The notes beneath the pieces were generated by a model, which was given only the letters and a program-made list of their open reading frames with translations, was not told the origin of the DNA and did no database searches. The position numbers and the translations under genes were made by a program. Positions 47,657-56,460 of a DNA stretch of 64,000 nucleotides are shown piece after piece (position 1 is the stretch's first letter; each line of letters begins with the position of its first letter). The DNA is from Marispirochaeta sp. (GTDB taxonomy: Bacteria > Spirochaetota > Spirochaetia > JC444 > Marispirochaetaceae): the NCBI GenBank assembly GCA_963676835.2, contig CAXXFF010000002.1, positions 288,001 to 352,000 of the forward strand, given 5' to 3'.

Positions 47657-47757
47657 TCTCACAGAGCTCACGGAGAGCACAGAGAATAGGTAATTATTAT
47701 CTTATAACCTTAATACACTCAGTTTCAAACTCTGTGCCCTCCGAGTCCCTGAAAGCG
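47657..47757. repeat. CACAGAG-type palindromic (REP/MITE-like) element at the left edge of the array
   Basis: TCTCACAGAGCTCACGGAGAGCACAGAG at 47657-47684 and complementary CTCTGTGCCCTCCGAG... from 47730. Confidence 0.6.
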
Positions 47758-47850
47758 GTTTTCTTGTTACCATATGAAGCAAACCGCCTGATTCAGGGTT
47801 TCTCTTTATAGAGAGTATAGAGATCCATACAAAAAAGAGGTATTATAAAA

Positions 47851-48216
47851 ATGGGAGATGCACAAATGAACCTTGGCCCGGAGGAATTGCAAAAAATCGG
47901 CGATTATGTACGCCTTCATCTAAGCGAATGGCTTCCACGCCCTACAACAACTGAGAGGGAAATCAACCTTGTCGAACGAATAGTTCGGGTAGAAGAAGAG
48001 TTGAAATCCCAGCGGGATCTGATGATTCAGGGCTTTAAAGCTGTGGATAAGCGCTTTGAAGACGTAAATAAGCGATTTGAGGACGTGGACAAGCGCTTTG
48101 CGAGTATAGACAAACGCTTCGAGGACATGAACTCCCGCTTTACCAGCCTCCAGTGGACCATCGGCCTCGGGTTTACCCTCATTGTCGGCCTTATGGCTGT
48201 TTTCAACTTTTACTGA
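47851..48216 (+). CDS. Coiled-coil protein with C-terminal TM anchor, 5 heptads (Bdr/DUF1640-like architecture)
   Basis: AAGAGGT RBS; ERIVRVEEELKSQR; xxxxKRF heptads; WTIGLGFTLIVGLMAVFNFY. Confidence 0.85.
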   Translation: MGDAQMNLGPEELQKIGDYVRLHLSEWLPRPTTTEREINLVERIVRVEEELKSQRDLMIQGFKAVDKRFEDVNKRFEDVDKRFASIDKRFEDMNSRFTSLQWTIGLGFTLIVGLMAVFNFY

Positions 48217-48360
48217 AAACGTTCCTGCCAAACTCTATCTTCAATCTCTGTGGTGCCCTCTGTAAGTATTTTTCTTACTGCCCATGAAGCAAACTGCCTC
48301 ATCCACAGTTTCAGCTTATAGAGAGTATAGAGATCCATACAAAAAAGAGGTATTATTAAA

Positions 48361-48702
48361 ATGGGAGATGCACAAATGAATCTTGGGCCGGAAGAGCTGC
48401 AGAAAATTGGGGATTATGTCCGCCTTCACTTAATCGAATGGATACCAAGAACCAGTACAGAACGGGAATTAAACCTGGTTGAGCGCATTGTCCGGGTGGA
48501 GGAAGAGCTCAAATCCCAGCGGGAACTGATGATTCAGGGGTTTCAGGCTGTGGATAAGCGCTTTGAAGATGTAAATAAGCGTTTCGAAAGCATAGACAAA
48601 CGCTTCGAGGACATGAACTCCCGTTTTACCAGTCTCCAATGGACAATCGGCCTCGGGTTTACCCTCATTGTCGGCCTTATGGCGGTTTTCAACTTTTACT
48701 GA
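48361..48702 (+). CDS. Same family, 4 heptads
   Basis: Paralog of 47851; 113 aa. Confidence 0.85.
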   Translation: MGDAQMNLGPEELQKIGDYVRLHLIEWIPRTSTERELNLVERIVRVEEELKSQRELMIQGFQAVDKRFEDVNKRFESIDKRFEDMNSRFTSLQWTIGLGFTLIVGLMAVFNFY

Positions 48703-48843
48703 AAACGTTCCTGCCAAACTCTATCCTCAATTTCCGTGCCCTCTGTAAGTTATTTTCTTACTGCAGATGAAGCAAACTACCTCATCCACAGTTTCTCTCT
48801 ATATATGGTATAGAGATCCATACAAAAAAGAGGTATTATAAAA

Positions 48844-49125
48844 ATGGGAGATGTACAAATGAACCTTGGCCCGGAGGAACTGCAGAAAATCGGCGATTAT
48901 GTCCGCCTTCATCTTACCGAATGGCTTCCACGCCCTACAACAACCGAGAGGGAAATTAATCTGGTTGAACGCATAGTCCGGGTAGAAGAAGAGCTGAAAT
49001 CCCAGCGGGAGCTTATGAAACAGGGCTTTGAAGCTGTGGACAAGCGCTTTGTGAGCCAACAATGGATGATGGGTCTGGGATTCACTATCATCGCAGCATT
49101 AATGGCAGTTTTCAACTTCTACTAA
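48844..49125 (+). CDS. Same family, 1 heptad
   Basis: Paralog; 93 aa; SQQWMMG-type anchor. Confidence 0.85.
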   Translation: MGDVQMNLGPEELQKIGDYVRLHLTEWLPRPTTTEREINLVERIVRVEEELKSQRELMKQGFEAVDKRFVSQQWMMGLGFTIIAALMAVFNFY

Positions 49126-49284
49126 AAACTCACCAGCCAAACTCTATCCTCAATCTCTGTGCCCTAAGCTTACCGTGTTCTTCGTGAGAGAATTTCCTTA
49201 CTGCCGATGAAGCAAACCGCCTGATTCAGGGTTTCTCCTTATAGAGAAGTATAGAGATCAATACAAAAAAGAGGTATTATAAAC

Positions 49285-49689
49285 ATGGGAGATCTTCAAA
49301 TGAATCTTGGACCGGAAGAACTGCAGAAAATAGGTGACTATGTACGGCTCCACCTGGCGGACTGGCTTCCCAGAACAACTACCGAGCGGGAAATCAACCT
49401 TGTCGAACGCATTGTCAGAGTAGAGGAAGAGCTCAAATCCCAGCGGGAACTGATGATTCAGGGTTTTCAGTCTATGGAAAAGCGTTTTGAGGACATTGAT
49501 AAGCGTTTCGAAGATGTTAATAAACGCTTTGAAGATGTAGACAAACGTTTTCAGAGTGTGGACAAGCGTTTCGAAAGTATTGATAAACGCTTTGAAGATA
49601 TGAACTCCCGCTTTACCAGCCTCCAATGGACAATCGGTCTTGGTTTTACCCTCATTGTTGGCCTGATGGCGGTCTTCAACTTCTACTAA
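49285..49689 (+). CDS. Same family, 7 heptads
   Basis: Paralog; 134 aa. Confidence 0.85.
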   Translation: MGDLQMNLGPEELQKIGDYVRLHLADWLPRTTTEREINLVERIVRVEEELKSQRELMIQGFQSMEKRFEDIDKRFEDVNKRFEDVDKRFQSVDKRFESIDKRFEDMNSRFTSLQWTIGLGFTLIVGLMAVFNFY

Positions 49690-49836
49690 AAACTTTCCCC
49701 TAAGCTCACTCCTCAAACTCTGTGCCCTCCGTGGACTCTGTGAGAGATTTTTTACTGCTATGAAGCAAACAGCCTCATCCACAGTTTCCCGGTATAGAGA
49801 GTATAGAGATCAATACAAAAAAGAGGTATTATAATC

Positions 49837-50136
49837 ATGGGAGATGTTCAAATGAATCTTGGACCGGAAGAACTGCAGAAAATAGGTGACTATGTACGGC
49901 TCCACCTGGCGGACTGGCTTCCCAAAACAACTACCGAGCGGGAAATCAACTTAGTCGAGCGCATTGTCAGAGTAGAGGAAGAGCTCAAATCCCAGCGGGA
50001 ACTGATGAAACAGGGCTTTGATTCTATTGATAAGCGGTTTGAGGCCGTAGACAGACGTTACAGCAGCCAGCAATGGATGATCGGCCTCAGTTTTACCCTC
50101 ATTGCCGGGTTGATGGCTGTCTTTAATTTTGTCTGA
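49837..50136 (+). CDS. Same family, 2 heptads
   Basis: Paralog; 99 aa; SQQWMIG-type anchor. Confidence 0.85.
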   Translation: MGDVQMNLGPEELQKIGDYVRLHLADWLPKTTTEREINLVERIVRVEEELKSQRELMKQGFDSIDKRFEAVDRRYSSQQWMIGLSFTLIAGLMAVFNFV

Positions 50137-50160
50137 ACCGGTCAATTCCGGGTTCTTTTT
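50135..50160 (+). terminator. Probable terminator closing the array
   Basis: GAACCGG-TCAATT-CCGGGTTC then TTTTT. Confidence 0.55.
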
Positions 50161-50190
50161 CGCCAGTAGAAGGGCAGCAATGCGGCTCTT

Positions 50191-51306
50191 CTACAGCCAT
50201 TCCGGAGGGAGCTGATCAAGGTAATCCTTTACCCCCTGGCTCATGCCTTTTTTGCAGATAAGGGCCCGACCGTTTTTAATAACCACAATTAAATCGTCCG
50301 CCCCGATTACTGAAACTGGAATATCCGACAGGATGTAGTTTTCAGCACCTTCAGGGTTGGCGGCTGCGGGAAAGTCCTGGGGAAAGAGCCTTGAAAACTC
50401 GTCCCAGCTGCCCACATCGTTCCATTCAAACTCAGCTGCCACCACCGCCGCCCGGGAGGTTTTCTCCATTACAGCGTAATCGACAGAGATTTTCGGGGCA
50501 TTCCGGTAGAGTTCCGCTACCCGGGACGATTCAAACACCCTGCTCACCGCTTCTCCGGTGCCAGATATTCCCGGAGGAATCTTTTTAAGTGAATTGTACA
50601 GCGAAGCAACTTCGGGGGCGTTCACTTCAAGTTCTTCTGCAAACTTGCGGACGGTAAACAGAAACATGCCGGAGTTCCAGGTGAAATTCCCCGCCGCAAC
50701 AAACTTTTCGGCAGTCTCAAGATCCGGCTTCTCACGGAAGCGGGCAACATGTCTGCCGAATGCCGACTGGCCGGGAAGATCCTCCCCTGCTTCAATATAA
50801 CCATAGCCGGTTTCGGGTCTGGTCGGAGTAATTCCGAAGGTTACAATGTAGCCCGCCCGGGCAATTTCTTCGGCAGCGGCAACGTCTCCGATGAAAGACT
50901 GTACCGGCTGAATTAAATGGTCCGCAGGCAGAACCAGTACCGACTCGTTTTCGGAACCAAGAGAGGCACAGCAGGCAGCACCGGAAGCGATAGCCGGTGC
51001 AGTATTTCTTCCTGCCGGTTCCCCCAGAACCAGAAGCTCCGGAAGATTCCCTCCATCTGCAGAAGCAGATTCAGAAAATTTCTGCATTTCCGCAGCGGCC
51101 TGATCAGCCTGATCGGCAAGGGTTACCACCATAATTCGCCGCGGCTTCAGGGCAGCCGCCCGTTCTATAGTAAGCAGGAGCAGGGTTTTCCTCTCTTTTA
51201 CCGGCATATATTGCTTCGGTACCTGCTTTATCGAGGCAGGCCAGAGCCGGGTCCCCGAACCGCCTGCAAGAATAAGCACATTATCTACAATTGGGTTTCC
51301 AGTCAT
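50191..51306 (-). CDS. manC: Mannose-1-phosphate guanylyltransferase
   Basis: ILAGGSGTRLWPAS, EPAGRNTAPAI, PADH, ETGYGYI, FREKP, WNSGMF, WNDVGSW. Confidence 0.92.
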   Translation of the reverse strand: MTGNPIVDNVLILAGGSGTRLWPASIKQVPKQYMPVKERKTLLLLTIERAAALKPRRIMVVTLADQADQAAAEMQKFSESASADGGNLPELLVLGEPAGRNTAPAIASGAACCASLGSENESVLVLPADHLIQPVQSFIGDVAAAEEIARAGYIVTFGITPTRPETGYGYIEAGEDLPGQSAFGRHVARFREKPDLETAEKFVAAGNFTWNSGMFLFTVRKFAEELEVNAPEVASLYNSLKKIPPGISGTGEAVSRVFESSRVAELYRNAPKISVDYAVMEKTSRAAVVAAEFEWNDVGSWDEFSRLFPQDFPAAANPEGAENYILSDIPVSVIGADDLIVVIKNGRALICKKGMSQGVKDYLDQLPPEWL

Positions 51307-51442
51307 GGCCAGATACTAACGTGTTCTGCAGGAAGAAGACAAGCTTTAGGGCTGTTCTAAAAATAAAGATGAATTGACCACCTTCCGGGATGAGGTTTAT
51401 TATGAGCCATACATCGCACACCCTTATCGGAGGTTCCACATC

Positions 51443-52534
51443 ATGGCTAAAACGGGTTTCACTTTATCTATCTATCCCTGGGTATACATCGCCCAGTCCG
51501 AAGACACAGGCTGGAAGGAAGAGTTCCAGGAGAAACCCCACATGACTCCCGCAAAGGAGGCTTCTCTGGATGAAAACGCCAGGGCTGAACTTCTTGCAAA
51601 ACGGAACTCCTTTCCCGATCTTCCCCTGGTAAATTATACCTCACAGTACGGCATGGGCTGCTTCGAAGGCCTTAAGGCTTTTCCCCAGAAAGACGGGGGA
51701 TTAAAGATTTTCCGCCCTGACGAGAACGCTAAACGCTTCCGGAATTCCATGGAAGGGCTAATGATGCCTGGATTTCCTGAGGAAAAGTTCGTAGAAGGTG
51801 TAAGGGAAATCGTAAAACGAAATAAAGAGATGGGCTTTGCCCCGGTTTACGACCCTGCCTGGGAAGCCGGTGATTTTGCCGAAGGCCATGCAGTATATAT
51901 CCGGCCATTCAGCTACTCAGAACCGGCCATAGGCCTCGGTTTGAGCAGCAAACCCTGGGTTATAGCCATAACCACTCCCGTTGGCTCCTATTTCCGTCCC
52001 GGTAACTGCAAGGCGGTAACCACCGACAAGGTCCGGGCATTTCCCGGCGGTACGGGCTGGATTAAATGTGATGCAAACTACGTTGTGCCCACTCTGGTTA
52101 AAAAGCGCTCTGAAGCCGAAGGCTACATGGAGGCTATTTTCCTTGATGCCGCAAGCCAGAAATATATAGAAGAAGGATCATCCTGCAATATCTTCTTTGT
52201 TATGAAGAACGGAAGTCTGGTAACCCCGGAACTGGGAGACACCATCCTTCCCGGCATTACCCGGGCAAGTACCATTCGGATTGCCAGCGATCTTGGCATT
52301 CATGTGGAAGAACGTAAAGTAACCATCGATGAGGTACTGGATAACGGTACAGAATGTTTCGTTACCGGAACAGCCGCCGGAGTCAGCTACCTGGAATCAA
52401 TTACCCACAACGGCCGAACCAAGGTATTCAATGGGAGTGCCATCGGTGAAACCACCAGAACACTGCAGACCACTCTAAAAGGCATTCAGTACGGTGCGGT
52501 TGAGGACAAGCACGGCTGGATGTTTTCCGTTTAA
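51443..52534 (+). CDS. ilvE: Branched-chain amino acid aminotransferase (class IV)
   Basis: YGMGCFEGLKA, IFRPDEN, YIRPF, ILPGITR, GTAA; ATG 51443 after GGAGG. Confidence 0.9.
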   Translation: MAKTGFTLSIYPWVYIAQSEDTGWKEEFQEKPHMTPAKEASLDENARAELLAKRNSFPDLPLVNYTSQYGMGCFEGLKAFPQKDGGLKIFRPDENAKRFRNSMEGLMMPGFPEEKFVEGVREIVKRNKEMGFAPVYDPAWEAGDFAEGHAVYIRPFSYSEPAIGLGLSSKPWVIAITTPVGSYFRPGNCKAVTTDKVRAFPGGTGWIKCDANYVVPTLVKKRSEAEGYMEAIFLDAASQKYIEEGSSCNIFFVMKNGSLVTPELGDTILPGITRASTIRIASDLGIHVEERKVTIDEVLDNGTECFVTGTAAGVSYLESITHNGRTKVFNGSAIGETTRTLQTTLKGIQYGAVEDKHGWMFSV

Positions 52535-52565
52535 AGGGCTGAACCCGGAATAATACCTGCTGCCC

Positions 52566-55500
52566 TTATTGCAGCTTTAGAGTCTCCATATCCAATGGGA
52601 TATCTGTATAGATCTGAAGGTCGTAGTTCTCCACCGGATAAAGCATGGCCCGCTGGTTCAGGTATCCCAGGTTCACCGCACTTCCCCGCTGCATACTCTC
52701 CGGCTCCCTGCGAAGCAGGTCAAAATTTTCAGCAGAATCAGTGAAATGCCCAAGGGCCCGGGAAAACTTTTCACGATCCCCCGAGGCAAGAGAAAGCCGC
52801 TGAAGAGTCACCCCGAGGTTGTTATGGGTACGGATCAGCCTTTCAATGAGTGAATAGTCCTCTTCCCGCTCGTTGGGAAGGAGCACGCTGATATTTCTGC
52901 GCTCCTGCTGCAGTTCATCAAGGAGATGAGTATAGTACCCCTGGGCGGCGTAGTAGTCTGACCGGTTAAACAGGGCATTTCCGGTGGCAAGAAGCAGGTT
53001 TTCGTTATCCGAATAATCATCCGCAGCCAGGTAGAACTCGGCAAGGGCATCCTGATATTCAGTGTTATTGTAATAGATATAGCCTTTCTTGTAGTTGATT
53101 TCCGGGGCTTTGTACCCGGTTTTCTCCGCCTGGGTAAACATTTCAAAGGCACTGCCGAACTCAGCGGCGATGTAATAGTAGAGATCGCCCAGATTTTTAT
53201 AGATCCGTCCGAACATCGGCTCAGGTTCGAGCACCCGGCGTTCAAGACCATCCTCATACTGGTCACGGGCTGTAAGAAAGTACTCTTCTGCAGTCAGATA
53301 GAGTCCATCCTGATAATCAACCTCCCCCTGCCGGTTATAGGTATCGATAAGCAGCTTCTGCTGCCGTTTTCCCAGCGGGGTGGTCTGCTCAAAATAGTGC
53401 TCCGCATAATCCAGAGCCTTGCGTTCCTCAACAGGATTATCCACACGCCTGAAATAACGGGAAAGATTATAGTGCCCCTCCGGCAGCTCAGGTTCTTCCT
53501 CCAGCGCCCTGGAGAGAATCCCCCGAACATCATCAAGGTCGTTTTTCCCGATCAGGTAACCTCCAAGTTCAGCGTAGGCATCGGGTTCAACCTTCAGTTT
53601 TTCCGCTGCCTCAAACTGATCCTTAAGGCGGGTTACCTCCTTGTAATTATCGGTGCGGATAAAATAGCGGAGCATGCGGAAAAGGTATTCATACTTCTGA
53701 CCGTAGTACTGCATAAGCACGGAATAGGAATGCCGGGCATCCTCATAGCGCTGATAGTCGTACTCTCCCCAGGCAAGGTAATTATCCCCCTCGGCAAGCA
53801 GGGCATCCCGGTCGTGCCGTTCCTGGGCAAGGAGAACATCAAGAAGTTCTTCGGCATGTTCAAAATTCTCGGTCTTTTCTGTCTCCATGGCAGCGTAATC
53901 CAGCAGAGCCTGCCGTTCAGATCCCCGGATTTTATCCACCTCCGGGTGTTTCTCGAGCCTGCCGTTTCTCCGGATAAGCACCGGTGCGGCCAGCGCCTCA
54001 TATTTTGCCCCTGCGAGACTGTACTGCCTGCGGTCAGCAAACCCTTCTGCATAACGGAAATACTGATTCTTGTATCTCCACTCTTCCGTTGCGTTATCAA
54101 AGAAGAGATTCGCTTCCCGGTATGCATCCTGCTCCAGCTGCCTGTATCCGGCATTGTAAAGAATAAGAGCATGGATGGGACGGTAGACGAAGGTATAGCT
54201 TAAAAAGCCCAGAAGCCCCACGGCGACCAGAACCAGTGCGGCAACCCTGAGAATGGGAAGAATTGTGTGCCTGAAGGCATAGGCAAAGGTTCCTTTTTCT
54301 TCTTCAAAGGCCGCACCGGTACTCTTCTCATACCGGGTTGGAATTTTTATCTTTTTGCCCGTAATGGTGCCGACCAGGGCTGCAATTTCTTTGGAGCTTT
54401 TGCCGTCGACCAGGGCACGAACAAGCTTCTGCAGGTGCGGCCCGGAAAGGTTTTTCTCGCCGATCAGTTCTTCGACGGCAATCTTCAGATTCAGCGGCTG
54501 GAGATTCAGGGTCTCCTGAAGGGCCTCAAATTCATCATCCTCAAGATCCAGAACTTCATCACTCTGAGGCAGTTCACCGCTGACGTCCAGTGCCGGGTTC
54601 AGCTGCTCTTCCGTCCCGACATCAAAGGTCTCTTCGAGTTCCCCGAACTGCTCGCCCAGATCACCCAGGCTGAACTCATCTACCTCAAAGTTGTTTTCAT
54701 CAATATCTTCGATATCGCCGGCGGAGGGAATTTCAAATTCATCAAATTCTCCACCTTCATCAGCGGCTGCGCCGGGGATCGATGGTTCATCGAAGGGAAA
54801 ATCTTCCGAAATCGAGAAATCCGCTTCATCCCCGCCGGAATCCGAACTGAACTCATCATCGAAGAATGAGAGTTCTTCATCCGCACCGTCCGCAGGGCCT
54901 TCCTCCGGCGCGGCAATTGAATCATCATCAAAGGAAAACTCTTCGTCGAGCCCGGGCAGGCTGAAATCCTCTTCCACGGCCTCTCCGGTTGATTCTTCCA
55001 TCTCACCATCGGAAAAAGAAATTTCATCGCCAACTGGAGTCTCTTCCATGTCCTCCATGGAAAAATCATCGGGGAGAGAAAATTCATCCTCTCCTTCTAT
55101 GGCATCCCCGAGGGCTTCTTCCTCAAGCCCTGCAGGGATATCGAAACTCTCCTCTGCCTCATCAGATGCAGACTGATCAGCATCACCATCAAGTTCAAGC
55201 AGGTCCGCGGCATCGGCAAACTCTTCGGGAATTTCAAACTCGTCCGCTCCTGCCGCTGAATCTTCAGTAAAATCCATGCCTTCAGGGGTGGAAAAATCAT
55301 CTTCCTCAGGTATATCTGCACTTTCGGATTCTTCCGGGAAATCAAAACCGTCGGGCAATCCGAACTCATCATCCCCTTCTTCGGCTGGCTCTCCTTCCTC
55401 AATAGGGGCAACAGGTTCATCGACTGACTCATCGCCAAAGTCCATCCCCGCGGGCAGCCCGAACTCATCTTCCGACTCTATTTCCGCAGCTTCAACCGGC

Positions 55501-56291
55501 TCTTCTTCCGCATCGGAAAAATCAAAGCCCTCGGGGAGACCGAAATCGTCCTCCCCTTCGGAGGAAGACTCCTCAAGGGCTTCCTCGGAAATGTCCATAT
55601 CATCGGGCAGACTGAAATCACCTTCAGAGTCAACGGCGGGAATGTCTGCAGTTTCATCAGTGAAATCCATACCTTCCGGCAGGCTGAAATCATCTTCTGC
55701 TGACGGTAAAGGCTCTTCTTCACCGTCAGCGATTGTCTCTTCAAGAAAGTCCATACCTTCCGGCAGGGAAAAATCATCTTCCGCGTCAGCGGCAGACTCA
55801 TTTGAGAAATCCGCTTCTTCAGATAGCTCGCCTTCGTCGGACTCTTCCAACGAAGGCTCGTCGGAAGCAAAATCAGCAGGAATATCGAGCCCGTCGGGAA
55901 GAGAAAATTCATCCTCCGGTTCGCCCATATCCGAAGCAGCATCACCCTCTTCAGATGTTTCATCTTCATCATCAAGACTGAACCCGGAAAGCAGGTCTTC
56001 GGGGATGGAAAAATCATCTTCTTCATCCTGGGTTGATGGCGGAAGCTGGTCTTCCCCTTCATCCACACCGAAGATTGATTCTTCCGGCTCCTCCGCCACA
56101 GAGGCAGGAACGCTCTCATTTCCGAAGTCATCGCCGGCTGTTCCCAGCAGGGCATCCAGGTCGGCATCGAGGCCTGATTCGGGTACGGGAACATCCTCCA
56201 GCCGTTCTCCCCGCTGGGCGAGAATCGACGGTTCATGTCCGAGAGCATTGAGATCTGACTTAAACTGTTCTATGTCTTCGAGCCTGGGCAC
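52566..56291 (-). CDS. flcA: Periplasmic flagellar collar protein FlcA-like (acidic N-terminus, TM, TPR C-terminus)
   Basis: MPRLEDIEQFK start (GTG 56291 after AAGGA), long acidic region, PLNLKIAVEELI, single TM, TPR repeats. Confidence 0.75.
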   Translation of the reverse strand: MPRLEDIEQFKSDLNALGHEPSILAQRGERLEDVPVPESGLDADLDALLGTAGDDFGNESVPASVAEEPEESIFGVDEGEDQLPPSTQDEEDDFSIPEDLLSGFSLDDEDETSEEGDAASDMGEPEDEFSLPDGLDIPADFASDEPSLEESDEGELSEEADFSNESAADAEDDFSLPEGMDFLEETIADGEEEPLPSAEDDFSLPEGMDFTDETADIPAVDSEGDFSLPDDMDISEEALEESSSEGEDDFGLPEGFDFSDAEEEPVEAAEIESEDEFGLPAGMDFGDESVDEPVAPIEEGEPAEEGDDEFGLPDGFDFPEESESADIPEEDDFSTPEGMDFTEDSAAGADEFEIPEEFADAADLLELDGDADQSASDEAEESFDIPAGLEEEALGDAIEGEDEFSLPDDFSMEDMEETPVGDEISFSDGEMEESTGEAVEEDFSLPGLDEEFSFDDDSIAAPEEGPADGADEELSFFDDEFSSDSGGDEADFSISEDFPFDEPSIPGAAADEGGEFDEFEIPSAGDIEDIDENNFEVDEFSLGDLGEQFGELEETFDVGTEEQLNPALDVSGELPQSDEVLDLEDDEFEALQETLNLQPLNLKIAVEELIGEKNLSGPHLQKLVRALVDGKSSKEIAALVGTITGKKIKIPTRYEKSTGAAFEEEKGTFAYAFRHTILPILRVAALVLVAVGLLGFLSYTFVYRPIHALILYNAGYRQLEQDAYREANLFFDNATEEWRYKNQYFRYAEGFADRRQYSLAGAKYEALAAPVLIRRNGRLEKHPEVDKIRGSERQALLDYAAMETEKTENFEHAEELLDVLLAQERHDRDALLAEGDNYLAWGEYDYQRYEDARHSYSVLMQYYGQKYEYLFRMLRYFIRTDNYKEVTRLKDQFEAAEKLKVEPDAYAELGGYLIGKNDLDDVRGILSRALEEEPELPEGHYNLSRYFRRVDNPVEERKALDYAEHYFEQTTPLGKRQQKLLIDTYNRQGEVDYQDGLYLTAEEYFLTARDQYEDGLERRVLEPEPMFGRIYKNLGDLYYYIAAEFGSAFEMFTQAEKTGYKAPEINYKKGYIYYNNTEYQDALAEFYLAADDYSDNENLLLATGNALFNRSDYYAAQGYYTHLLDELQQERRNISVLLPNEREEDYSLIERLIRTHNNLGVTLQRLSLASGDREKFSRALGHFTDSAENFDLLRREPESMQRGSAVNLGYLNQRAMLYPVENYDLQIYTDIPLDMETLKLQ

Positions 56292-56313
56292 AGTTATTCC
56301 TTCTCTTATGAGA

Positions 56314-56340
56314 GTTTCGGCCAATTTCTGATTCTGTTCA
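56314..56340 (-). promoter_or_regulatory. Putative sigma28 promoter of flcA
   Basis: TGAA-N15-GCCGAAAC. Confidence 0.5.
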
Positions 56341-56421
56341 AGCAGAGTTTTCCACAGGAACCGCGGTATATGGAAAAAACTGCAGCAAACGCCGGATATG
56401 GTCCGGTGAAACTAGCTTTAA

Positions 56422-56449
56422 TAAAGGAAAAAGCCTTTTGTACCGAAAA
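56422..56449 (+). promoter_or_regulatory. Putative sigma28 promoter
   Basis: TAAA-N16-ACCGAAAA, 11 nt before ATG 56461. Confidence 0.5.
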
Positions 56450-56460
56450 TTGGGACTAAG

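Larger units (their letters stand above)
47730..50136 (+). repeat. Tandem array of five ~0.45-0.55 kb units (element arm + promoter motif + RBS + gene)
   Basis: TGAAGCAAAC...GTATAGAGATC(C/A)ATACAAAAAAGAGGTATTAT...ATGGGAGAT repeated five times. Confidence 0.92.

Noticed and set aside
47730..50136. CRISPR array, integron cassette array or shufflon
   Set aside because: The units are whole paralogous genes, not short repeats with unique spacers; no cas, integrase or invertase gene is in the window and all units are in one orientation
41512..50136. Diversity-generating retroelement
   Set aside because: No reverse transcriptase, and the differences between copies are not adenine-specific
55276..56331. 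351-aa Ser-rich ORF on the plus strand
   Set aside because: Antisense shadow of the Glu/Asp-rich flcA region
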